Of a stretch of 64,000 bases of DNA, positions 23,748 through 35,253 are shown in pieces; within the stretch, counting starts at the first letter, position 1; each line of letters begins with the position of its first letter. Made by a program: the position numbers and the translations under genes. Where the stretch lies: positions 12,400,001 to 12,464,000 of the forward strand of contig OZ249444.1 of the NCBI GenBank assembly GCA_965235115.1, read 5' to 3'. The DNA is from Laetmonice hystrix (taxonomy: Eukaryota). The notes below the pieces were generated by a model, which saw only the letters and a program-made list of their open reading frames with translations, did not search any database and was not told the DNA's origin.

Positions 23748-26700
23748 TGTTTTTAAAAGACCACTTTTTATACAAATGAAATGGTGGCTGTCCGTGGTTC
23801 TCTATTGAAAACGCGTATTAAATTGTAACTGGCCGGCCTCAGACTACCGGCATAATGTCATACACAGGCTTCCACATGATAACCATGGTCGTATCGATTC
23901 AGGCTGGACGTCGGGTGTCATGTTTTCAACAACAGAGCATTGTTCACAAAGAGTCGAAGATGCATTTTAAGCAGCACCGGAACTCAAAATCACCTTGATG
24001 TTTAGAAAAACAGATAGAGCCAGGATCATGTTATATTCAGACTCAGATCTTGTTTTGGCTCATTGCATTAAAGTTATTCATAGCGACTGTTTCCAAAAAA
24101 CTAACACTGTCTCGGTCAACAATACATGTAATACAATATGCAGTAGATGTGCACTAGAAAACGTGTTGCCGGTTATGATAATTGTATTGTACCGGTACCC
24201 GTATAACAACGATATATTATTTACTTATGTAGACCATAATTATATCCTGCCCCCTTTTCGCTATGTTGTGTGCTGTACTCGGTTATCGACACCCACCACG
24301 TTTTGATCAAAGTCTTACCAAAGTATTACTCAGAATTACATCATGTATAAGTTTAATGTGTACTTGTTATTTCAGTACAGTGTTGAGTACGTATTACACG
24401 TAATGAAATCTAACGCTAAGCCCCCCCCCCCCTCAGTGTTTCTCTCATGTGGCCCAGATTATCATCAAAGGTGAGTAGTGTATGAAATAGGAGTTTGGTA
24501 ACATCCGTACCGGTCAGGGTCTGCAGGCCTAGGCTGGTGATTTTAAAACAGGATCCTAGTACATGTATATTTACATTAGACGAGCCTTACATTTTAGAGT
24601 TAAGCACAAACATCTGTTGCAACAGGATTAAGGCAGTTTTTTATATTAATTATATTATCACTATGCATCTTAGTCACTCTGAGGTCATCGTCGAAAATAA
24701 AATCGGTCCAAACCATGTCCAATTTTATCTAGTGCTGATCCCATCCACCGCTACAAATAGCCACTAGAAATTCTAACCGCGCTTATTCCAAACATAGTGA
24801 ATGTTTGGAAACATTCACTATTTCTGGAATGATCATCGTTAGAACCTTGTTCAAATTCCCATACATGATGACATTGTGACTTTGATACAGATATGATCGT
24901 ATTCAGATATAATATTGTAGTTTGAATAGATGTACAGTCGCGTTTACTGACGGTAACATTAGGGGCCGAGCTATTCATAAACGTACACAATAGCAATGTT
25001 CATTCATGGCGAATGAAATTACATTTACCACTCAACACATCTACATTTCTTTTTCGTATAGGAGAATTGATACTCATTGGGGTCAGATAGCAGCAAGATC
25101 GTATTGGTAATGTGTATAGAATCATGAAAAACCCTTTGGAAACAAGGTTTGAAATGGAATATGAGATTTCTTTCTCTAACTTTATTCTGTCTTCCAGCCT
25201 GTAATTACAGAGTTGAAATAAGCATTAGAATTAGGTCAGTTATCAGCTGTGGTAAGCAGTAACTCTGAACCTTAAACCATAATTGTTCTATTTAATATTG
25301 AAACAGGCTAATATTATTGGCCGTGTGATGTGATGCTAATACATTGGGAAAACGCAGGTGAATAGAATTAGTGGTTAAAATTGTGTACCCCCCTCACCAC
25401 CACCACCACCACCACCCCCCACCCACCACCACCCCGGCTGTGCTGGGTCCTCCCTCTTGTGGATTGAGTGACCGCTTGTTCCCGCTTGTTCAGGCAGTCA
25501 GAAATTCCCACTCCCACCACGGTTTCATATCTCTTGTAATTTCCCTGGTCAATATTGGCCACTTCCGTTGTGCCATTGGGCTCGGGCATTTTACGTTTGG
25601 GCGGGACTTGGTATTGAGTATTGATCTTAGCGGCGAGTCGCACCCATTCTAGGACATTTTTACTACAAATAACTCCCAACAGTGGTCCGATAGTGGGGAA
25701 TGTCGGTGTGGAGGGGATAAAGAGAGAGTCAAGTTATGGAGTATATAGAGGATAACTTGGTGAACTAGGTTGGTTGGGAGAGCTGGCTGTTTTTGTGACC
25801 TAGTTTTTCACTCCACATTGGATCTATGTGATTTTCCCACAACACGTGTTGATGCATAGATCTGTGAGGGCGAACGTGAACTGAGAGAAAAAAGGCCATT
25901 TTGGGACCCCTCCTCCCGTCATACACACACGTACTCAATATTGTGTTAGTGCCACATTGCTGAATTGGCACCAGTGCCACATCACAGACATTGCCCAAAG
26001 CCACATTGTAGACATAGTGCCAATTGCATGCTAGGATAGCATTGATCATTAAATGAAGGCTCTTCATCTGAAGTTGTGTAGATCACTGAAAAAGGGGTGG
26101 GGGTGGGGTCAAATCTGTGTGTGCCAATGCTAAAAGCTAAAGAGTTTTAGACCGGTTTGTAGGGAATTAAATGTATAAAGAAGAGTGGAATAAGCATATT
26201 TGCTCTGTTGACCAGTGCAAGATTCATTCCCTCCTATGATCAAGAATGTCCGGCCCTCCCTAGTGTTATAATAGAAATAGTCGGATTGCAGAGTCAGATT
26301 ACAAATGTGTGTGCACAGTGAGTAAAAATACACTGTTTAGAAAAAAAACGCCATGATTCATGAGTGTCAGGGAAGTCAGTGGCAGAAAATATGTTGGAGC
26401 CAGTCATGCATTGCGAGTGGCGCTGTGAAATATTGTGTGAAGATATGCTGTGTGAAATCCCACCAGGAAAACAAAGGTTTGGTTTGTTGTTCCGGCATGC
26501 CATGTTTTGTTTTCGACAAGCCTTGGTTGATGAGGCTTCGCTGGGGGATGAGAGGTGCTTACTGGTAGCATTTGCACAGGTTTCCACCCGATGAAGGCAA
26601 TTTGTTATTTCGCTTCACCAAATATTAAGTTAAGGGATGTTGTAGTTTCTGTACTAATTTGGTTAGAATATCACCAAACGTTAGCTAACAATCTGATAAA

Positions 26701-26991
26701 ACAAATTCCAACAGCTTCAAAACTATAGAACAGATATTATGATCAAGATTCCTGGAACTCTGAACAAAATCACTGCATATTAAACATAGGACAATAGCAG
26801 GAACCACTAAAGAAACTTTTAGCAAAGAAATCGCACTGAAGTGAGTGCTATGAATGGTACTATTACAGAGTATTGTATTGGCAGTAATGATACTATTACA
26901 GATATTGTATTGAAAGTAATGGTACTATTACAGAGTATTATATTGGCAGTAATGATACTATTACAGAGTATTGTATTGAAAGTAATGGTAC

Positions 26992-27514
26992 TATTATACA
27001 AATATTGGATGGCGGCGAGTCCACTATACAGTTTACGGGACGAAGAAAAGCGATAATGGACGAGGCGAAGCCGAGTCCATTATCGCTTTTCAGAGTCCCG
27101 TAAACTGTATAGTGGACGAGCTGCCATCCAACATTTGCTATATTATACACCTGTATATAAATGAAATATTGATAATATTGATAAATATTGATAATCATAA
27201 TAATTGATAATCCGATATAAATAAATTGGAGGTATAAGCTTGGATTACAAGAACCAACACATGAGTCATCGCTGTCGGCAACTATTGTGACGTTAGTAAT
27301 TTGGCCGCTATTGTTTAAATCTAGAATAGTTCCAAAAGTACTGTGACGTCACAGTATCTAAGTGATGACAATAGGACTTTGACGTCATCTCTATGGTTTC
27401 CAGAGTGAACCGTCCAATATCGTATTTTACCGTCCAATATCATTTTTTTCGGGACGGTCACGTGGTACAAATGAACCAATCAGATTGCTTAGCTGGGCCA
27501 GGTGTATAATATTA
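26992..27514 (+). mobile_element. Unclassified ~520-bp non-autonomous element with a 57-bp-arm hairpin (apex GAGGCGAAGCCGAG), copy 1
   Basis: A second copy lies at 53041-53541. Hairpin 27005-27131. TATTATACACCTG (27141) and CAGGTGTATAATA (3' end) are inverted repeats. T(A/G)TTA occurs at both ends. Confidence 0.85.
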
Positions 27515-27548
27515 CAGAGTATTGTATTGGCAGTAATGGTACTATTAC

Positions 27549-27916
27549 CAGGCCTTGCCGTTTGACGGGCATGATCGCGCTTGCACCCCTAAGCGCCTGC
27601 AAAACCTGTTTTAGAAGCGCTGTTTATCGCGCCCCTCAACTTCACTGACTGATGTGAACCCTCAGCCATGTCTGAGGCAACCTCAAAAACGCTCTCTGTC
27701 TCCTCCTTGTCCCCCAGTCATTAATGAGTCAATTATTTCCTAGACGGCTCCCAGGACCTCGTTAGCCTATGCCAAACCTTATAAACTACCCTGAGTTTAC
27801 CTGGAAATACCCAAACGTGGGACAGGAACGATTTCCAGGGGAGTGATTTAGCTCTCCTCGGATAACCAAGGAGAGTGATGGATCGCTCCCGTAAAGATTT
27901 CAAACGGCAAGCACTG
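27549..27916. mobile_element. hAT-like MITE inserted in the 33-bp satellite
   Basis: TIRs CAGGCCTTGCCGTTTGA / TCAAACGGCAAGCACTG. The flanks share TATTAC (apparent 6-bp duplication; 8 bp expected for hAT). Confidence 0.65.
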
Positions 27917-28293
27917 TATTACAGAGTATTGTATGGGAAGTAATGGTACACAAATGTACTATTACAGAGTATTGTATTGCCAGTAATGGTACTATTACAG
28001 AGTATTGTATTGCCAGTAATGGTACTATTACAGAGTATGGTATTGGCAGTAATCGGTCAGTGGGTAACAGTACAGATACCAATGTTTGCCGAGTAGGCCT
28101 GTTGGCCGGGTTATCGCACACATTGAATGTAGACAGATAAGGTTTGCGGTCAGAAGTCAAGTGTAGCGAGTCCGTGATTTAACCATCACAGCAGAGTGAG
28201 CCTTGTTACCGAGAAAAACGGAAACGCCGGTCCTTCACTCCCTCGCCATTCAGTTATCAGACGAGAAAATGAGCTTCCTATATCAGCACGTAC

Positions 28294-29066
28294 TAGGGCT
28301 GAAACGATACCCTTGTGTCACGATACGATACGTATCACGATACATGACAAATGATACGATACGTATCATGATATTTCTCAATGAAACTAAAAGTTTACTA
28401 TGCTGAAAATGAATAAAAATAAAACGCTTCTGTTTAAATTTCAAACATTTTAATAGCTGAGTAAGTAGTGCCTTGTATCCTTACAAAGCCTTCAGGTTTT
28501 TCTTCAAGAATATAAGTTTGTCAACATTTAAAGGTGCTATTCGTGAACAAAAATTCAATTTTTTTATTTTTAATTTTGTTGACGTTTATGTGATCCCACC
28601 TATCATGGAAATAGATTCACAACAAAGGAAATCAAAATTTTTCATGGATAACGGCACAAATGGGGCTCTCTCAGAAGGCCTGTGGAGACCCTGACACGCC
28701 CCACCATAGGAAATGGCTCTATCTCGGTGCGCACCGAGATAGGTTTCAAATGCTGCACACAAACTAATAGAAGGTTTATCAGGCCAATGGTATCGGTAGG
28801 AATTTTTTCTAGTACTATGTGCACAATGTATGATAGGAGAAATGCCATTCTGTGCGAGACGAATAGCACCTTTAAAGGCAGAACGCTGGGCAGTAACAAT
28901 ACCCACAGCAGTTGAGCACACTGTTTCAGAGGGCACACTAGTTGCAGGTATTCCCAGATATGTCATGACTCATGGCGTATCGTTTTGTATTGATACTTTA
29001 ACATTCATATCGATCTATCGTATTGGACACAATACCGATATATATCGATGAATCGTTTCAGCCCTA
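28294..29066. mobile_element. hAT MITE with 8-bp TSD
   Basis: TIR TAGGGCTGAAACGAT / ATCGTTTCAGCCCTA. TSD GCACGTAC at 28286-28293 and 29067-29074. Subterminal (CGATA)n repeats. Confidence 0.92.
28532..28871. mobile_element. TTAA-targeting (Kolobok-like) MITE nested in the hAT MITE
   Basis: TTAA|AGGTGCTATTCGT ... ACGAATAGCACCT|TTAA. Confidence 0.75.
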
Positions 29067-29699
29067 GCACGTACAATAGGAAGAAAAATACAAGAGGGTA
29101 TAGGCCTACTATTTGTAAAATATATTCGGACGGGTAATTTAATGTTACTCTCTCTAGTTTTCTCTTTGATGACTGCTCCTGAAGTTCTGGAACCAAAGAT
29201 ACGGCTAGGATATGTTAATAAACATTTTTAATACAAAAAAGGATTTTACTGTTATTATGGTGTACTTTAATTCCATGTATGCCCACGGGTGCATAGTATA
29301 TAGTAAATAGTTATACTGGAATTTGTAAGTGATTTTGTTTCGTATTTCTGTCAGGATATTATGAGGAACGGCTTGGAAAAGCATTGCGAAATTTCTTTGG
29401 CCATCGAGACCATATCATAATAATGTACGATGCTTTAATAATGTAGCCGTTATCAGGGTACATGTATTAATTAGTATCGTTCCTTTGGGCCAGCATGTCT
29501 TATGACTTATCCTGTATAATAATAATACCCCGTACAAGATTGTACAACTGATGGGCAGAGTAAACTGAGAATGAAAAAGTATTTTGGCTGAGCACGGCTG
29601 GCAGCACAACTCCCGCCTGACCCAGAGTTCATTGAACTAGAGGCCTACTCCGCAAAGTTTACAGTCTACACGCTCCGACTGTCAAGACGTGTAAAGTAC

Positions 29700-30100
29700 G
29701 GAAGGGGGGCAGGTACACATTCTGAGCACCAGGTGGAGCCGGTGTGAGCCGTAGTAGCAAGCAATGACCTTTACGGCGGCGTGTACTCAAGTCTTGTTTT
29801 ATCAAGAGCTCCCTGTTTAGTGCCACTGATATGTAACAACAGTCTGGATTGGATAGATGTGATGGGAGAAGAAGCAGAAACAGCACGCTGGATTGGACAG
29901 ATCAGATTGCTGTGTAAAGACTTTGCCCAGCTGTTCTGATAAGTGTTTTCTGGGTCAGCAGGCAGCACGGTTGGGGTTCTGTTGGAGTTAGTGGGGTCCA
30001 TTTGAAGTCTGTTTGCTCTGCTTCAGTGTAGCTTGTCTGTGTTGAGTAAATACTGAAAGAAGGTCGGGGATAGGAGGCGAGTCAAGTGTTGTCACTAGTC
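29700..30100 (-). mobile_element. Possible decayed LINE RT C-terminal fragment
   Basis: Minus frame DLSTRRRKGHCLLL resembles the L..RR..H.L.L.YK motif. The frame is interrupted by stops. Confidence 0.2.
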
Positions 30101-31318
30101 AGCCAAGTTTCGCCACTGGGGTAGTTGTAACTTGAGGGAGGACCAGTGCATGATGGAAGAGCGACTTGGTCAGACGATACAGGACGGAAGCTGATCGGCA
30201 CATTGTAAATAACTGCTTCAGTTTCGTATGCAGTGGTTTTTACGTTTCAGTATGTCTGCAAAATAGAAAATAATTTTGTTTGCATGGACTACAGTCAGTA
30301 AAATGTACTGCAACAGTTTTTTGATGTCTTCATATGAACTTGTTTGCTGGGAAATACATGAAAATTAAATGAGGTGTTTTTTTGTGAATCACTGAGTAGA
30401 ACACACAACAGAGCCTTTTAGCGTGTCAACAGTAACATGAACACATACATGTGTACACGTCAGCAGTCGTAACTCCGTAAGTTCGTATTTACCATAACTT
30501 ACAATGGAAAATGTTGGATTAGTTCACACAGGGATCTCTAGTATATAACGGCTATTCCTTCAGTAATGTACACAAAATGTAGTTGTCCACAGAGCTGTAT
30601 TAGTTGGAGAGGACAAAAATAACGCTCAGGTAATTACATCAGTTGTGTGCAGTTTGTCAACTTGAGCGTCATTGTTGTGCCGGGAAACAATCAGAGTTGG
30701 GATTTTGATACATGGCATTGTTTTGTGCGATAAGAAAGGAACACTGATTATCTTTTTAGCTCAGTCTCCGCGTGAGGGTGCCTCGGGAATCCTTGCTTAA
30801 TTGAGTATAGCTTAGTCTAAGTCTAAATTGATGCTTGTCACCCGGAAAGCGCGTAACATGGCCAAACAGGGTGATATCTTGGAGCAAGAAAAAAAACGCT
30901 CCAAGTTCCCCAGGGAACGAAGTCGACAAGAAGGGATTTTAAGCCAGTACGTCGCGGTAGGTTGACTGTTATTTTGTTGACCAGAATGCTCCATTAGAAA
31001 AAAAATGGATTCCTAGCAATGTGAGTTCGACATTAAACATGCTAATTGAAGATATGCTTTTTATTTATTGCAATACAATTTTGCAGCATAATTATTTGGC
31101 CCTGTATTTTATGGTGATCAGTTAAATGTACCCTGAACGTGTATTTAAATATAAAGTTTTTTGGTAACATTCAAGAAGGGATCGACGGATGTTATTTAGT
31201 AGCAATATCTCACACGAGATTCAGTGCAAGTGTTAAGCTAGTCATTAACATATAAACCAACCTCTTCAGTTGACAATCATATCTGTAAACTGCCTTTTTT
31301 CGCAAAACTACTGAATAA

Positions 31319-31332
31319 GTTGCCATGGCAAC
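31319..31332. promoter_or_regulatory. Perfect palindromic RFX X-box GTTGCCATGGCAAC
   Basis: Exact canonical X-box. Confidence 0.5.
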
Positions 31333-32486
31333 AGGGATGAGCACATTGGAAGTTTAATCACTGGCATTCTCTTGAATGAAACGATGCATAAGGATTAAAT
31401 TAGTGGACCGTCTACATCTTGTAATAGAAGCTGGTGTATAGGAGTCTGCATATTTTCAACGGAGACGCCCAAGAGGCGTAGATTTAAAAGAAGATGCTAC
31501 TGATGAGCTAATCGCATTTATGGGAAATCAAGAGTGAGCTAATCGTCTTATGCAAACTCGATTGTTGCGGAGTAGATGTTTTCAGATGTTGACATATGGT
31601 GATTGTAATGAGGGAATGTACTCGAAGATTTGGATGGTTTGATGTAGGAACAGCCTCGAGGGACGTTCCAATGTTGGGTGTTGACAGTAGCCAAAGGACG
31701 TAAACGTGAAGCATCTAGAAAGGTCGACCAAAGTGAAGTAAAGTGGAAAAGATGTTCAAAGTAAAGCAATGCTGCATTTTAAAGAAGGTGGGATGAAAAG
31801 AAACGGTATTTTTGGTGATATTAAATTCCAGGAAATTCCTTCAGCAGAGAAAGGATACCCTTCCGAGCTGATTGTTCTGTAAAATTTAAGAAAATATGAT
31901 TAAAATAAAAGCAAGAATTTGCATTGATGAAGCGAACGGGGGAATTTTTCTAGATTTTTATGATTAATAGTAAAGTTAAGTTTAAGACGTGTGAAAAACA
32001 TATACACGTTGGACAAGGATAGTTCAAAGTGCCTGCGTGTGGTTGGGTTATCAGCAGATGATGCAGCTCGTGGGTATGGTTGAGAAGTGCTATACTGGAG
32101 GGGTGAGAGGCCAGTGCGGAGGGAATTCTAGATCAATTAGCGGGACTGCCTCCTTTGAGCAGCGGCCGGAGTTTGAAGGATCACCGTTAAGCGTGCTGCT
32201 GTCTCATATCTGGGCCAGGATCACAAACCTGACAGGAGGTTGGCCTGCGGCGGGTGGCCCGGCCATGGCCTAGTGGTGGTCGGTGTGGCAGATAGTGCAT
32301 AGAATAGTAGTCGACCTTCTCGGCAAATTGCCTCAAGATCGTTCTTTAAAAGGCGGGTATGATCTTATGTGGGGATATTTTGTTATTAGGGTATAATGTG
32401 GGGTATTCTGATGGACATGTTATAGCGAATGTATGACAGAAAGATATAAACGTCTCCGTCTCCACAGCAGCAGGAGGCTAATGGCT

Positions 32487-33890
32487 GCACACTGAGACAG
32501 ACGGGGGATCAGGGTGGCACACTAAGACAGATAGAGGCTGAGGGTTGTACACTAAGACAGATAGAGGCTGAGGGTTGTACACTAAGACAGATAGAGGCTG
32601 AGGGTTGTACACTAAGACAGATAGAGGCTGAGGGTTGTACACTAAGACAGATAGAGGCTGAGGGTTGTACACTAAAACAGATAGAGGCTGAGGGTTGTAC
32701 ACTAAGACAGATAGAGGCTGAGGGTTGTACACTAAGACAGATAGAGGCTGAGGGTTGTACACTAAGACAGATAGAGGCTGAGGGTTGCACACTCACGGTC
32801 TTAAGACAGATAGAGGCTGAGGGTTGTACACTAAGACAGATAGACACTGACGGTTGCACACTTAGACAGATGGAGGCTGAGGGTTGTATGCTAAGACATC
32901 TAGAGGCTGTGGGGTGCACACTAAGACAGATAGAGGCTGAGGGATGTGCACTAAGACAGATCAACGGTTGAGGGTTGTACACTAAGACAGACGGGGGATG
33001 AGGGTTCACCCCTCGCGTGGTCTTACGAGCTCTTCCGAGGGAAAAATTCCAAATCGGGAATGCACGCAAGCATTTTAAGTGAATCACGCATTACGAGAGT
33101 TCACGAGTGTTCCGAGGGCTTCAGACGTCTTACGAGTGCCAGAGCGCTCTCGGGACCTCCTTACGAGCAGATCAAAAATGTTAGATATTATCGGAAGTGT
33201 GCATAGTGTGTGGCCTCGCGTAACATATCGGAAGATGCATAAAGAGTTCGTAAGCACTCTTTCCGAATTTCTTACGAGTGCTTACGAGGGTTACGCAAGC
33301 CTACGATTCCTTACGCGGCCTTACGAGCACTTTTACGTACTTCTGAAGCTTCCGAGAGAGAGAAAATCGTAGACGCGCGGAAGCCATCGCAACGCAAGTG
33401 GATCACGTCCATAACAAAGCGTGTGATCCACTTATGCTCCGATCATTCCGATTTCCTCCTTACACGCTCTTGTGCGCCTTCCGATTATGAAAATCATCGA
33501 AATCGGTACCGCGCAACGGGACGCAAGTGGATCACGCTCTCCGATCTCTTACGCGTAATGCGTGATTTACTTAAAATGCTTACGTGTATTCCGATTTGGA
33601 ATTTTTTGTCCTCAGAAAAACTCGTAAGACCACGTAAGGGTGAATCAGAAGCATCGCAACGCAAGTGGATCACGTCCATTGGACAGATAGAGGCTGAGGG
33701 TTGCACACTTAGACAGATAGAGGCTGAGGGTTGTACACTAAGACAGATAGAGGCTGAGGGTTGCACACTTAGACAGATAGAGGCTGAGGGTTGCACACTT
33801 AGACAGATGGAAGCTGTGAGTTGCACATTTAGACAGACGGAGACTGAGGATAGCAATGAGGAAGGCAGATGGAGGTTAAGGGTTGTACAA
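32487..33890. repeat. 30-bp minisatellite (ACACTAAGACAGATAGAGGCTGAGGGTTGT) interrupted at about 33005-33680
   Basis: About 16 units at 32487-32995 and about 7 at 33682-33890. It explains the repetitive ORFs 32478..32792, 32509..33087, 33423..33893 and 33494..33856. Confidence 0.95.
33005..33644. mobile_element. MITE with ~95-bp imperfect TIRs (Harbinger-like) inside the 30-bp array
   Basis: Left TTCACCCCTCGCGTGGTCTTACGAG...CACGCATTACG matches the reverse complement of 33545-33644. Internal CTTACG and GCAAGTGGATCACG motifs are repeated. Confidence 0.75.
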
Positions 33891-34100
33891 TGAGGAAGAC
33901 GTCATTAAGAAGTGATGTCGGAATGGTCGCACCTTTAAGCTTTAAGTACGCTGAAAACTAGCTTTGAGGTGAGACTGTTGATGTGAACGAGAGAGGACTC
34001 ATCATGAAGACATCTTGTAGCAGTTCTCTCCATTAAGATTGTGCTAATTGGCCTGCAGCAGCACCGGCTTAGCCAGCAACGGGGTGGCAAGGATCCGATG

Positions 34101-34114
34101 GTTGCCATGGAAAC
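34101..34114. promoter_or_regulatory. RFX X-box GTTGCCATGGAAAC
   Basis: Canonical X-box in a GC-richer non-repetitive patch. Confidence 0.5.
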
Positions 34115-35253
34115 GGTATCGGGATGGTGCCGTCTTCTTGCGTCTCAAGGAAGGCTTTATTGGAGAGATACGGGCAGAGGGCCGGGTTTGTTAGGCTGTC
34201 TGATGGCATGCCCAGACCCTTGGAGGTGAATCTTTCATGGGCGTGTCGTATACAATAACAGTCCACGCCAAGGGAAAACTATGTAAGACCTGTTTGGTGC
34301 GATGTAATGTAATGATAGAGATTGTTCCGTAGAATTGTCCCGTTTTCTTGAGGTAGCGTTCTGGGGTTGTTTTAAAAATATATATACAGTGTATATAATA
34401 GAAATAGAAGGCCGTTTCACGATTTGCCGTGAGATCCGTTAAGGTAGTGTAATCTGTCCTTTGAATATTGTGTATTACTACTGACATTGTTCCTGGAAAG
34501 CTAATACGGGAGTTGCTTTAGTGTTTTTAGTGTTCTGAGCCATCGCCAGGTCTTTGAGTCCCTCAGTTGGATAGATAATAATTATTGGCAGCTGGGTTCA
34601 GGCGAATGCCTCCATTATGACTAAAGAGCTCAACCCAGAATTAGCCTCTTTGATCTGTTAAAGAAACTTTAAGATGAAACAGGTTGCCCTTGAGTAGTTA
34701 TAAATATAGTCGAGGAGAGAGGCTAAACTTAGTTACTGGTGGTGAATGCGTGGAAGAAGATTTAATTGTGGCAGTTGGAATTCAAGGTTACCATAGTGAG
34801 ATTGTATTACACCACGCTAATAATTCTCAGCCCTCTGGGATTCAGGGGAAAGCGTTTCATTTCAACATCTAGGATCCAGGGAGGTTTAGTTGAAGCTGTG
34901 TGGACAGCACATACTGGGTGCATCATGGTTTTTAGTCACCCCCCCCCCCAAAAAAAAGTAGCTTCAAAATAACTCCGGTACGGATATTGATTTTTGAAAC
35001 CATCATAGATTAATGATACTGGGAAAGATACCACAACAGTTCTGCCGATGTGCCTGGCTTACCAGTGTTTGCCCAGATTAAAAAAAAACTAAAACAGGTT
35101 CCTTACCAGTCAAGTACATGTACATTGTATAGAGTGAAACGTAACGCAATACTTTTCATTGGCAAGAGATCCTAGAGGTAACTTTTTGGGGTATTGGCAC
35201 TTTTTTCAGTGAAGAATATGATCTTGTGCCACCTCGGTTCTGCTTAGTGTTTT

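Larger units (their letters stand above)
26854..28053. repeat. 33-bp minisatellite (TACTATTACAGAGTATTGTATTGGCAGTAATGG) split by two insertions
   Basis: Units at 26854-26996, 27511-27548 and 27917-28053 resume in register after each insertion. Confidence 0.9.

Noticed and set aside
32478-33893. Long repetitive ORFs (VYNPQPLSVL)n, (SVQPSASICL)n, (RQIEAEGCTL)n
   Set aside because: They are by-products of a 30-bp (multiple-of-three) minisatellite that is open in several frames.
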